The position numbers and the translations under genes were made by a program. Shown here piece by piece: positions 1 through 9,166 of a DNA stretch of 42,088 bases. Within the stretch, counting starts at the first letter, position 1. Every line of letters starts with the position of its first letter. The notes beneath the pieces were generated by a model, which was given only the letters and a program-made list of their open reading frames with translations, was not told the origin of the DNA and searched no databases. This DNA is from an uncultured Antarcticibacterium sp. (GTDB lineage: Bacteria; Bacteroidota; Bacteroidia; Flavobacteriales; Flavobacteriaceae): contig CAXAZV010000001.1 in NCBI GenBank assembly GCA_963973375.1, positions 1-42,088 of the forward strand. Direction: 5' to 3'.

Positions 1-374
1 TCTGAAATGATCCCTACTTTGCTTTGAAAAGGTTTAAGTAACTCCCCCTCCTCTATGATACCAATTGGCCCCGTTTTACACGATACATAATAGTTATGCC
101 AACCACTATCCAATTCTTCAAAAAATGGAACGTCAAATCTAAAATACCCGTCATCCAGGGTTTTGGTAGTAACTTCCAGATTTTTGAATTTGAGTGTGAC
201 CTGAATATTTTTAATAGGTTTTATTCGAAACATGTGAATTATTGAAAAGGCATGTTTTATACCTCTGCGGTCTGTACGGTACTTGTCTGGTGCCCAGGAT
301 TCAAAAACATGGCCGAATACCACAAGCTGATTATTATTTACATATCCCCTGTATAGCTTAAGATCTAATTTCAC
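1..374 (-). CDS. App1-family (DUF2183) phosphatidate phosphatase-like protein, 5' part; runs off left edge
   Basis: Hand-translated from GTG at 374: MKLDLKLYRGYVNNNQLVVFGHVFESWAPDKY...TLDDGYFRFDVP...SKVGIIS, open to base 1. It ends just where the App1 'ISDIDDT' motif is expected. Not in the ORF track. Confidence 0.75.
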   Translation of the reverse strand, partial: MKLDLKLYRGYVNNNQLVVFGHVFESWAPDKYRTDRRGIKHAFSIIHMFRIKPIKNIQVTLKFKNLEVTTKTLDDGYFRFDVPFFEELDSGWHNYYVSCKTGPIGIIEEGELLKPFQSKVGIIS

Positions 375-440
375 CCTATTGACTTTTTATTAACTAAGAA
401 TTCCTTCCAAATTAATTAATTTTAGACACAAAATTAACCA

Positions 441-1337
441 ATGGGGAAGATTAAAACTGTTTTATTGGTGGTAAATCCTATTTCGGGGGCCATTAATAAA
501 GCTGAACTTATTGAAGAAATAAAATTGGGAGCTATAAAAAAGGAGGCTTCACTAATAATATTTCCAACTACAGGAGAAAATGATAAAATAAAACTCGAAA
601 AATTAATTGCTGATAAGGACCCCTGCAGAATCATTGTAGCCGGGGGGGATGGCACAATTAAACTTGTTGCCGAAGCTTTAGGAAATAAAAGAACCCCAAT
701 AGGCATTATTCCGGCAGGGTCATCCAACGGTTTGTCATACAATCTCCATCTTCCTGCAACCCTGGAACAACAAATTGAAACAGCCCTTGGAGATAATTTT
801 ATAGAAATTGATATTTTGAAGATCAATAATGAGTATTGTCTTCACATTGGTGATTTTGGAATTAATGCAGAGCTTATTCAAAATTATGAAGCCTCAAAGG
901 TACGGGGTAAAATTGGTTATTTACTTCAATCGATTCCCACCCTGGTGCAAAGTGAATATCCCTTTGATTTTACCGTTGAGGCAAATGGGAGGATTATTAA
1001 AACACAGGGAATTCTTCTGGCTATAGCTAATGCTAAATCATATGGTACGGGTGCTACAATAAATCCTCATGGAAAATTGAATGATGGCTCTTTTGAGATA
1101 CTTATTTTTAAAAACTTCGATGTTTTTGAAATTTTAAAAAGCCTGCGTAATGAAGTTGAATTTGACCCTGAATTTGTAGATACCATAGTAACAAAAGAAG
1201 CTACTATTAGCTGTGATATTCCGGTGGCTTTACAAGTGGATGGAGAATTTTTGGGGAATCATCATAGGGCTACAGTCTCTATTGCTCCCGAAAAACTGTT
1301 GATCGCGGTTACAAATTCCCCATTAAACCATTATTAA
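441..1337 (+). CDS. Diacylglycerol/lipid kinase family protein (YegS/BmrU-like)
   Basis: NPISG, AGGDGT, IPAGSSN, NAKSYGTG and LQVDGE motifs. Confidence 0.9.
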   Translation: MGKIKTVLLVVNPISGAINKAELIEEIKLGAIKKEASLIIFPTTGENDKIKLEKLIADKDPCRIIVAGGDGTIKLVAEALGNKRTPIGIIPAGSSNGLSYNLHLPATLEQQIETALGDNFIEIDILKINNEYCLHIGDFGINAELIQNYEASKVRGKIGYLLQSIPTLVQSEYPFDFTVEANGRIIKTQGILLAIANAKSYGTGATINPHGKLNDGSFEILIFKNFDVFEILKSLRNEVEFDPEFVDTIVTKEATISCDIPVALQVDGEFLGNHHRATVSIAPEKLLIAVTNSPLNHY

Positions 1338-1358
1338 AAAAATCGCAATATCATTGTT

Positions 1359-2564
1359 ATGAAAGTTACATTTAACAACTCCGCCGGAAATAATTTAACG
1401 GGCTATCTTGAAATGCCCCTGGATCAAAAGCCTCATAATTTTATTATTATGGCCCACTGTTTTACCTGTGACAAAAATTTTCATGGGGTAAGAAATATAA
1501 GCAAGTCTCTAACATTCAAAGGTTTTGGAGTGCTGCGATTTGATTTCACCGGGCTTGGGGAAAGCGAAGGTGATTTTTCCAATTCCAATTTGTCCGGTAA
1601 TGTGGAGGACCTTGTTGCGGCCGCAGGTTATTTAAAAAAGGAATACAAAAGCCCATCAATGATAATTGGCCATTCCTTTGGAGGGGCGGCGGCGATATTT
1701 GCAGCAGCATTGCTTCCCGAAGTTAAAGCTCTGGCCACCATTGGCACTCCTTCCTCCCTTTCTCACGTAACCCACCTGTTAAGCGACGGACTTGAAAAAA
1801 TTAAAACTACCGGGCAGGCTATAGTAAATATAGGAGGCAGACCGTTTGAAATTAAAAGACAATTTTTGGAAGATCTGGAAACCAAGGATCTTAAAAAAGT
1901 GATAGCTGGGCTTGACAAATCAATATTGATACTCCATTCCCCCCAGGATAATATTGTAGAAATAAAAAATGCGGAAGAACTTTATAAAGCTGCTAGACAT
2001 CCCAAAAGTTTTATTTCGCTTGATGGTGCCAACCACCTTTTATCCAAAAGGGAAGATTCGCATTATGTGGGCGATGTGATAGGCACCTGGGCACACAGAT
2101 ATCTTGAAATACCCGAGATCCCACAGCCGGAAACAAGCCATGAAGTTGTGGCCCAACTTGAAGAGGAAGGTTACACAACATATCTTAAAGCAGGAAACCA
2201 TCAATTAATTGCAGATGAACCTAAAGAATTTGGGGGCAGTGATTTTGGTCCTACTCCATACGATTATCTCTCTGCAGCCCTCGCTGCCTGTACGTCAATG
2301 ACCCTTCAAATGTATGCAAGGAGAAAGAAGTGGCCGGTAGGAATTGTAGAAACCCACGTGAATCATTCCAAAATCCACGTACTTGATTGTGAAAATTGTG
2401 AAGAGGGAAAGGCTAAGATTGACACCTTTGAAAGAATTATAACATTTACAGGTGAGCTTGATGAAAAACAAACCAAACGCTTAATTGAAATTGCCGATAA
2501 ATGTCCCGTGCATAAAACGCTGGAAGATAGGGTGAATATAATAACACACCATAAATCCAAATAG
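1359..2564 (+). CDS. Bifunctional alpha/beta hydrolase / OsmC-family protein
   Basis: HCFTC, RFDFTGLGESEG and GHSFG nucleophile motif; C-terminal ADEP..GG.D.GPTPY, AACTS and KCPVH OsmC motifs. Confidence 0.9.
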   Translation: MKVTFNNSAGNNLTGYLEMPLDQKPHNFIIMAHCFTCDKNFHGVRNISKSLTFKGFGVLRFDFTGLGESEGDFSNSNLSGNVEDLVAAAGYLKKEYKSPSMIIGHSFGGAAAIFAAALLPEVKALATIGTPSSLSHVTHLLSDGLEKIKTTGQAIVNIGGRPFEIKRQFLEDLETKDLKKVIAGLDKSILILHSPQDNIVEIKNAEELYKAARHPKSFISLDGANHLLSKREDSHYVGDVIGTWAHRYLEIPEIPQPETSHEVVAQLEEEGYTTYLKAGNHQLIADEPKEFGGSDFGPTPYDYLSAALAACTSMTLQMYARRKKWPVGIVETHVNHSKIHVLDCENCEEGKAKIDTFERIITFTGELDEKQTKRLIEIADKCPVHKTLEDRVNIITHHKSK

Positions 2565-2678
2565 GCAGGAGGTGTAATAGATTCTCTATACTATTGTTAA
2601 GCAATCCCTAAATCTTTGGTGAAACCTAATTATACAATTACTTTAGTAAAAGAAATTAATAACCAATCTTCTTTAATT

Positions 2679-3263
2679 ATGAAAAAAGTAAGCATAACAT
2701 TATTATTCTGTGCAACCCTTATTATGTCAGGTTGTAAAAATGACAAAAAGGATGCAGACGATAATGTGAATACCGAAACCACTACCACTACTACCACCAC
2801 CAAAGAAGAAGTAAAGAAAATACGGGTCACCATTGAGCCGAAAAGCGGTAGTACTTTGTCTGGAAACGCTGTTTTCACCGAGGAAAATGGAGAAGTTACA
2901 ATGACCGCAATTGTTGATGGGCTGCCGGAAGGAATGCATGCAATTCACCTTCACGAAAGTGCCGATTGCTCTGCAGAAGATGGATCATCTGCCGGAGGGC
3001 ACTGGAATCCAACTTTTGAAAAGCATGGAAAATGGGGTGCAACAGGAGGTTATCACAAAGGTGATATTGGAAATTTCAAGGTAGACGCTAATGGAAATGG
3101 AACTATCACAATGACCACAGATGAATGGTGTATAGGATGTGATGATGAAAACAAGAACATAGTAGGTAAAGCAATTGTGGTACACGATGGGGTTGATGAT
3201 TTCACCTCTCAACCGGCAGGTAATGCAGGTACGAGAGTAGGATGTGGAAGTATCAAACAGTAA
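2679..3263 (+). CDS. sodC: Cu/Zn superoxide dismutase family lipoprotein
   Basis: HAIHLHE, GGHWNP, HG, HKGDIGN, AIVVH and RVGCG metal-ligand pattern; lipobox IMSGC. ATG 2679 preferred over GTG 2616 because it gives a clean signal peptide. Confidence 0.88.
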   Translation: MKKVSITLLFCATLIMSGCKNDKKDADDNVNTETTTTTTTTKEEVKKIRVTIEPKSGSTLSGNAVFTEENGEVTMTAIVDGLPEGMHAIHLHESADCSAEDGSSAGGHWNPTFEKHGKWGATGGYHKGDIGNFKVDANGNGTITMTTDEWCIGCDDENKNIVGKAIVVHDGVDDFTSQPAGNAGTRVGCGSIKQ

Positions 3264-3276
3264 TTATATATTATTT

Positions 3277-3312
3277 AAAAACAAAGCAACCTTCGGGTTG
3301 CTTTGTTTTTTT
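3277..3312 (+). terminator. Rho-independent terminator with C(UUCG)G tetraloop
   Basis: AAAAACAAAGCAACC-TTCG-GGTTGCTTTGTTTTT followed by TT. Confidence 0.9.
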
Positions 3313-3352
3313 AACCCAAAATTTTAATACATTTAATGCGATATAAAAATAC

Positions 3353-3883
3353 ATGCAACAGGATCAATTAATCGCAGAATTACAGGTAGGCAACGAAAAG
3401 GCATTTGAAAGGATCTATGAATTGTATTCTGAAAGTACTTATGGAATTATCTATAGCATTACCAGAGATAAGGAAATCTCAGAAGAATTGCTACAGGATG
3501 TTTTTTTAAAGATCTGGAATAACGCAGCTTCCTATAATCAAGATAAAGGCCGTTTTTTTACCTGGATATTAAACATTGCCAGAAACGCTTCAATAGACAA
3601 GATAAGATCCAAAAGCTTTAAAAACAATCGCTTAAACCTTACATCAGATAATTTCGTAGATATATTAGAATCAAAGAGTTCCATTGGAGGTAAAATAGAT
3701 GCCATTGGATTGCAAAAATATATAGATATACTCGAACCGGTTTGTAAAAAATTAATTGACCTGCTCTTCTTTAAAGGCTTTACCCAGAAAGAAACTGCCG
3801 AAGAACTGGAAATGCCTCTTGGAACGGTGAAGACCCGAAACCGGATATGTATAGATAAATTGAGATCAACAGTAATTAATTAA
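3353..3883 (+). CDS. ECF sigma-70 factor (SigK-like)
   Basis: EELLQDVFLKIW, FFTWILNIARN (region 2); TQKETAEELEMPLGTVKTR (region 4). Confidence 0.92.
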   Translation: MQQDQLIAELQVGNEKAFERIYELYSESTYGIIYSITRDKEISEELLQDVFLKIWNNAASYNQDKGRFFTWILNIARNASIDKIRSKSFKNNRLNLTSDNFVDILESKSSIGGKIDAIGLQKYIDILEPVCKKLIDLLFFKGFTQKETAEELEMPLGTVKTRNRICIDKLRSTVIN

Positions 3884-4672
3884 ATGGATATAAACGAATA
3901 TATAAATTCAGGAATACTAGAACTCTACGTTTACGGAGCCCTTACGCAAGAAGAAAGTGCCGAGGTAACCCGCATCCTGAAACAATATCCTGCTGTAAAA
4001 GCTGAAGTTGAGGAAATTGAAGTCGCTCTTATAAATTTAAGTGCCGCAGCAGCTCCCAATAATCCAGAATTTCTTATAAATTCTATAAAATCCAAATTAT
4101 CTGGTAAAACCCAACTCACAAGACCTCATAAAATGTCTAACCTACCCGCCTATATTGGCTGGGCAGCAAGTATCCTATTGTTGGTAGGATTGTTCTTTAT
4201 GTTTAACAAGAACAGGGAATTAAGGGAATCACTGCAAGCGCTGCAGGCTGAAAAGGCAGGAATGGAAACACAAATTGTTGAAGCCAGGGAAAATGCCGAT
4301 AAAACCCGCGAATTACTGAATGTTTTAAGAGACCGGAGTATTTTAAGGGTAGAATTACAGGGCCAGGAGGTTGCTCCGCAGGCATTTGCAACAGCGTACT
4401 GGGATGAGAATTCCAACACCACATATATAGATGCTAAGGATCTTCCACCACCTCCCCGGGGAATGGTGTACCAGGTATGGTCACTAAAACTTCAGCCTCT
4501 TACTCCTACCAGTATAGGACTTCTTGAAAATTTTGAAGAAGATGAAAACCAAATCTTTATACTCTCCAATTCAAATGAATCTGAAGCTTTTGGAATTACG
4601 CTAGAACCGGCGGGAGGAAGCGAAAGTCCTACTATGGAGCAATTATATACCTTGGGAGTAATATCTTCCTAA
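3884..4672 (+). CDS. Anti-sigma factor, RskA family
   Basis: SGILELYVYG N-terminus, single TM helix, LPPPP..YQVW and FGITLEPAGGSESPT; abuts the sigma gene. Confidence 0.88.
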   Translation: MDINEYINSGILELYVYGALTQEESAEVTRILKQYPAVKAEVEEIEVALINLSAAAAPNNPEFLINSIKSKLSGKTQLTRPHKMSNLPAYIGWAASILLLVGLFFMFNKNRELRESLQALQAEKAGMETQIVEARENADKTRELLNVLRDRSILRVELQGQEVAPQAFATAYWDENSNTTYIDAKDLPPPPRGMVYQVWSLKLQPLTPTSIGLLENFEEDENQIFILSNSNESEAFGITLEPAGGSESPTMEQLYTLGVISS

Positions 4673-5005
4673 TCCTTATTTTAAATTTTAAAAGCTGGAA
4701 TGCAGAAAAGATTTGTTCCGGGAAGAACAAACCTTTTCCTAACCAACCAAAAAATAAAAATAGTTTTTAAGTAACCTTCTTCATAACAGGTTATGAGTTA
4801 AAAAGTCGCTTAAACACATAATTACTATATATACGAATTCAATTCCCTTTCGGTTTTTTATTTTAAACTTTAATATCGGGATTTAAGGAAAAATTTTCTA
4901 CTATCAAAAAATTCCTGACATTGTTCCTGGCCGTTGAATTTAATTTTCTGCTGGGTTGTAACAATAACCATATTAAAAAGACATATAGGACACTAACCGG
5001 TTTGT

Positions 5006-5500
5006 GTGAATAAAGAACTAGAACATCAATTTGTAACCAATCTTGAGCAGCATCAAAATATTGTGCACAAGATTTGCCGCATTTATACAAATGATCAGGC
5101 TTCACATAACGATCTATTCCAGGAAATAACCATACAGTTGTGGAAAGCATATCCAAAATTCAGGGGAGATGCAAAGTTTAGTACCTGGATGTACCGGGTA
5201 GCGTTGAACACTGCTATTACCTTATACCGTAAAAAGAAAAGAGGGATACAAACCCAGGATATTGATACAGTTCATTTCAGGGTTCCTATAGATGAATACA
5301 ACCACGAAATTGAACAACAGCTTACACTTTTATATGACGCTGTAAAAGAACTTAATGACATTGAAAAAGCACTGGTCTTTTTATATCTGGAAGATAAGAA
5401 TTACAAGGAAATTTCAGAAACCATGGGAATTAGTGAGGTGAATGCAAGAGTAAAAATGAACAGGGTGAAAACAAAATTAAAAAACATATTAAATCCGTAA
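5006..5500 (+). CDS. ECF sigma-70 factor
   Basis: DLFQEITIQLW, FSTWMYRVALN, YKEISETMGISEVNARVKMNR; GTG start. Confidence 0.92.
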   Translation: MNKELEHQFVTNLEQHQNIVHKICRIYTNDQASHNDLFQEITIQLWKAYPKFRGDAKFSTWMYRVALNTAITLYRKKKRGIQTQDIDTVHFRVPIDEYNHEIEQQLTLLYDAVKELNDIEKALVFLYLEDKNYKEISETMGISEVNARVKMNRVKTKLKNILNP

Positions 5501-5505
5501 GAGCT

Positions 5506-6144
5506 ATGGATGAATTAGAATTATTAAAAAAAGATTGGCAAAAGCAAGAGGGAAATTATCCCAGGCTTAGCTATGACCAGATCTACAAGATGATCTGGAA
5601 AAAATCCTCCTCGATTGTGAAGTGGATCTTTGTGATAAGTATCATTGAGTTCCTCTTTTGGTCTATAATCACCCTGTTTCTGGCAGACAAAGAATATTGG
5701 TTAGAAATGGACCGTCTTCATTTGAAGGAATTTACTATTATTTCCTACATTATAAGTTATGGTATAACCTTCCTCTTTATTTATAAATTTTATAGAAATT
5801 ATATAAAAATATCAGCCACAGATGATGTTTCAGCTCTTATGGAGAATATCCTGAATACCCGGAAGACCGTGAAATATTATATTGCTTTTGTACTTATAAG
5901 CACCGCCGTGGTATTTTTAATAGTTACTTATTTTACCTTTTATTATCACGCGGTAAGTACTGAAGTTAGCGAAGTTGAAAAGTATGCCTTCTCCCCCAAC
6001 CAATGGGCAATTTTTATTGGCTTAATGGTTTTAGTCCTGGCAATATTCCTTGGGATAATCTGGTTGTTTTACCGCATTATCTATGGTATATTACTTCGCA
6101 GACTTAATAAAAATTATAAAGAATTAAAGAAATTGGAAATGTAA
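5506..6144 (+). CDS. Conserved 4-TM membrane protein, possible cognate anti-sigma factor
   Basis: MDELELLKKDW start, four hydrophobic segments, 5 bp downstream of the ECF sigma gene. Confidence 0.7.
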   Translation: MDELELLKKDWQKQEGNYPRLSYDQIYKMIWKKSSSIVKWIFVISIIEFLFWSIITLFLADKEYWLEMDRLHLKEFTIISYIISYGITFLFIYKFYRNYIKISATDDVSALMENILNTRKTVKYYIAFVLISTAVVFLIVTYFTFYYHAVSTEVSEVEKYAFSPNQWAIFIGLMVLVLAIFLGIIWLFYRIIYGILLRRLNKNYKELKKLEM

Positions 6145-6162
6145 GATGGGATAAGTGGAACA

Positions 6163-6966
6163 TTAATATTCCCACTTCCTGGTTTTGTTGAGTTCTTCCA
6201 TTGCATCAAGTTCTTCTCTTGGAATAACTTTAAGAAATGAAGGATGCTGCTCTATGGCGTATTCCAGTTTTTCCACAATTTGCTCTATGCTTTCATTGTC
6301 GTAATCAATATCCAGAGGGGGTTTAATCTGGAAAGATTGCAGGATCCCCCTTTTCTTGATGCGTAATCCCTTTTTATCGAATGACCTTCTAAAGCCATCT
6401 ATCACTACCGGAATTACAATAGGACGGTGATTCTTGATAATATGTGCAGTTCCTTTCCTTATGGGCTTAAAAGGTTTTGTAGTGCCCTGCGGGAATGTAA
6501 TTACCCAGCCGTCTTTTAATGCAACAGCAATATTTTCGGTATCATTAAAGTTTATTTCGCGCTGCACATCCTTTCCCTTATCTCTCCAGGTGCGTTCTAC
6601 GCTTATGGCCCCGGCATAAGCCATTATTCGTGTAAGCAATCCAGCTCTCATAGTTTCCTTTGCAGCAACATAATAAATGTTCATTTTGGGCTGCCATATG
6701 TAACCAACATTTTTGATGGAATCCACCCTGCCACTCAGGCTGGCATTAAACACATGGAACATAGCGGTAACATCGGCAAAATAAGTTTGATGATTTGATA
6801 CAAACAGTACATTAGTATCTGGTAAATCTTTAATAATTTCAGAACCTTCGATCTTCAGTTCATTAAAACCATGGAACCTCCTGTGGGTTAGGACCCCAAA
6901 AATTCGGATAAGCCATTTCTTCAGAATAAGGTAATGACCAAACGGGTTTTTCTTCAATAATCCCAT
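6163..6966 (-). CDS. Lysophospholipid acyltransferase family (PlsC-like)
   Basis: NHQTYFAD (HxxxxD-like) and FPQGT motifs. Confidence 0.88.
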   Translation of the reverse strand: MGLLKKNPFGHYLILKKWLIRIFGVLTHRRFHGFNELKIEGSEIIKDLPDTNVLFVSNHQTYFADVTAMFHVFNASLSGRVDSIKNVGYIWQPKMNIYYVAAKETMRAGLLTRIMAYAGAISVERTWRDKGKDVQREINFNDTENIAVALKDGWVITFPQGTTKPFKPIRKGTAHIIKNHRPIVIPVVIDGFRRSFDKKGLRIKKRGILQSFQIKPPLDIDYDNESIEQIVEKLEYAIEQHPSFLKVIPREELDAMEELNKTRKWEY

Positions 6967-7011
6967 ACCACCATTGTAACTTTATATCATTCAGTTTTAT
7001 TAACCAGGGCG

Positions 7012-7019
7012 CAAATATA
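7012..7019 (-). promoter_or_regulatory. Bacteroidota sigmaA -7 element upstream of the acyltransferase
   Basis: TATATTTG on the minus strand matches TAnnTTTG. Confidence 0.55.
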
Positions 7020-7031
7020 GCAAAATGCCGT

Positions 7032-7673
7032 TTACAGCACTTCTTTAAGCAACTCCTTTAATTCGCTAAGCATCATCGCAGTTGCTCCCCACACCACATG
7101 ACCGTTTAAAAAATAGGCCGGCACTTCGATCTCTTCTGCATAAGAGGTTGTTAGTTTTTGTGTGATAAGATTGTTATCATCCAAAAAATGATCAAGATTT
7201 ACCTCCAGGATCTTTTCTACCTCACTTTCCTGAGGCTTTAGAACCGGGGTTTTATCTACCAGCCCTATATAAGGATGCACCCAAAAATCGCTGGGGGGAA
7301 TGTATAATTTAGTAAGTTTTTTAATGACTTTCACTTCATTCTTGGAAATTCCAACCTCTTCCTCTGTTTCCCTTAAGGCGGTATGCTTGAGATTTTTATC
7401 ATGTACCTCCAGCCTACCTCCGGGGAACCCAACCTGGTTGGAATGTACACCACGATAGGTTTTTCTAAGAATTAAGACGAGGTGTGTAATTTGTTTTACA
7501 TCTGGATAAAAAACGGCCATAACCCCGGCCTTATTAGAGTTTTTGGTAGAAAAATCTATCTGTTCCAATTCCCGGATCCTTAAAATTGGAGCCAATTTAT
7601 GCTGGGCTTCCTCCCCCGGTAGCGGTAAATTTGGTAAATTTGATACCTTATATTTAAATTCTTTAAAATCCAT
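7032..7673 (-). CDS. Nudix hydrolase, CoA pyrophosphatase (NudL/PCD1-like)
   Basis: HSNQVGFPGG, Nudix box ALRETEEEVG, VWGATA. Confidence 0.9.
   Translation of the reverse strand: MDFKEFKYKVSNLPNLPLPGEEAQHKLAPILRIRELEQIDFSTKNSNKAGVMAVFYPDVKQITHLVLILRKTYRGVHSNQVGFPGGRLEVHDKNLKHTALRETEEEVGISKNEVKVIKKLTKLYIPPSDFWVHPYIGLVDKTPVLKPQESEVEKILEVNLDHFLDDNNLITQKLTTSYAEEIEVPAYFLNGHVVWGATAMMLSELKELLKEVL
7626..7642 (+). promoter_or_regulatory. Two tandem -7 boxes inside the Nudix CDS; probable cyclophilin promoter
   Basis: TAAATTTG at 7626-7633 and 7635-7642. Confidence 0.45.
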
Positions 7674-8418
7674 GGGAAGATATTTCGCTTCTATACTCTG
7701 TTTGCTTTTTCTCGTTTTGGCAAGTTGTGAAGATACGGAAAAGTCCAGTAAAAATAATACTCAGCAAACCTCAGCTACCGCGGTTTCGGGAAAAGACTCC
7801 ATTGCTGAAAAACATGCAAAAAAAGAGCTGGATACACCGGATAAAACAACAACAGAAACTGTAGAGAGTAAAACTTTAGTGCAGGAAGAGCTTATTCCGT
7901 TCCTTACTGAATATGGAAAGAAAAATAAGGAAGACAGGGTCAAGATCATTACACGTTTTGGCGATATTGAAATATTACTTTATAACGATACCCCGCTGCA
8001 TCGGGCAAATTTTATTTATTTGGTAAAAAAGGGATATTTTGACGGTACATTTTTTCATCGTGTAGCGAAGGGTTTTGTGATACAAGGGGGAAATTCAGAT
8101 AACAGGGATACCAACCAGAAAAGAAATGAAAATGGGAAATACCTAATCCCTGGAGAGTTTGACACAGGCCACAGGCATACCCGGGGAGCTTTCTCTGCGG
8201 CTAAATATGCTGAACAAAATGTTAGTAAAGCATCTTCTCCCTATGAATTCTTTATAGTACAAAGCGACAGGGGTGCTCATCACCTGGACAATGACCACTC
8301 TGTTTTTGGCAGGGTTACAAAGGGAATGGATGTAGTAGATGAAATTGCTGAACAGGAAGTTGGGGAAGGCGAATGGCCCTACATCAACATTCGTATAAAA
8401 ATGGAAATTATTGAATAA
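7672..8418 (+). CDS. Cyclophilin-type peptidylprolyl isomerase lipoprotein
   Basis: TPLHRANF, FHRVAKGFVIQGG, HLDNDHSVFGRVTKGMDVV. ATG 7672 gives a signal peptide with lipobox LASC. Confidence 0.9.
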   Translation: MGRYFASILCLLFLVLASCEDTEKSSKNNTQQTSATAVSGKDSIAEKHAKKELDTPDKTTTETVESKTLVQEELIPFLTEYGKKNKEDRVKIITRFGDIEILLYNDTPLHRANFIYLVKKGYFDGTFFHRVAKGFVIQGGNSDNRDTNQKRNENGKYLIPGEFDTGHRHTRGAFSAAKYAEQNVSKASSPYEFFIVQSDRGAHHLDNDHSVFGRVTKGMDVVDEIAEQEVGEGEWPYINIRIKMEIIE

Positions 8419-9132
8419 TTATTTTTGGGTATAATAATTATAATCCTTTATCACCCGGTCTATAAAATCCAAAGGACGTTCTGCCGGCTTTACTTCCAAC
8501 AAATCGGATACTTTATCTGCCAGTGAAACTATTACGTTATGATTGCCATTTCTGCGGGCATTGAAATATATTTTTTTTATCTTTTGAATGTCCCTGTCCT
8601 TTAAGATGGTTACCTGCGAATAGGTGGGAATGTAATTCTCCGGAATATCCATATGCAGCGTTTGAGAAAGCTGCATTTTATTTCTTTCAGAGATCACGGC
8701 AGTGCCCGCAGCCATATCTCCCAAGCGTTGTCCTTTCCCGTTTAGCAATATGGACACTAGTGCTACTCCTCCACTACTTAGGCTTATATCAATTAAACGC
8801 AATAACCACCGGATTATGTACTGGCTAAATGCAGGCCTTGACCCGTCCAGCCTTACTACACGAATGTTAAGAGCAGCTTTACCCGGTGTTCTCCCATTAT
8901 TAAAGGTTTCCCAAACCAGATAGTACATAAAAATAGGTAGTCCTATAATAAGATAATACACCCATTGCTGACCACCATCAAGCCCCAGTCCGGCAATTGC
9001 GAGGGAGGCAAGGATGGCATATCCAATAAGGATCAACCCGTCTATTAAGAATGCGAGGATCCTGTCTCCTATTCCTGCAACATTTTGATAAATGCCTATA
9101 TTTTGAGCTGTTTCTATTTGAAAATTATCCAT
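8419..9132 (-). CDS. RDD family membrane protein
   Basis: AGIGDRILAFLID, GRTPGKAALNIRVV, QRLGDMAAGT. Start moved to ATG 9132 (MDNFQIETAQN) to avoid overlap with the next gene. Confidence 0.88.
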   Translation of the reverse strand: MDNFQIETAQNIGIYQNVAGIGDRILAFLIDGLILIGYAILASLAIAGLGLDGGQQWVYYLIIGLPIFMYYLVWETFNNGRTPGKAALNIRVVRLDGSRPAFSQYIIRWLLRLIDISLSSGGVALVSILLNGKGQRLGDMAAGTAVISERNKMQLSQTLHMDIPENYIPTYSQVTILKDRDIQKIKKIYFNARRNGNHNVIVSLADKVSDLLEVKPAERPLDFIDRVIKDYNYYTQK

Positions 9133-9166
9133 TAATACGTTTCTTTGATACAAATAACCGGATCCT

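Noticed and set aside
4863-5156. 97-aa minus-strand ORF
   Set aside because: Half overlaps the ECF sigma gene in antisense and has no recognisable features
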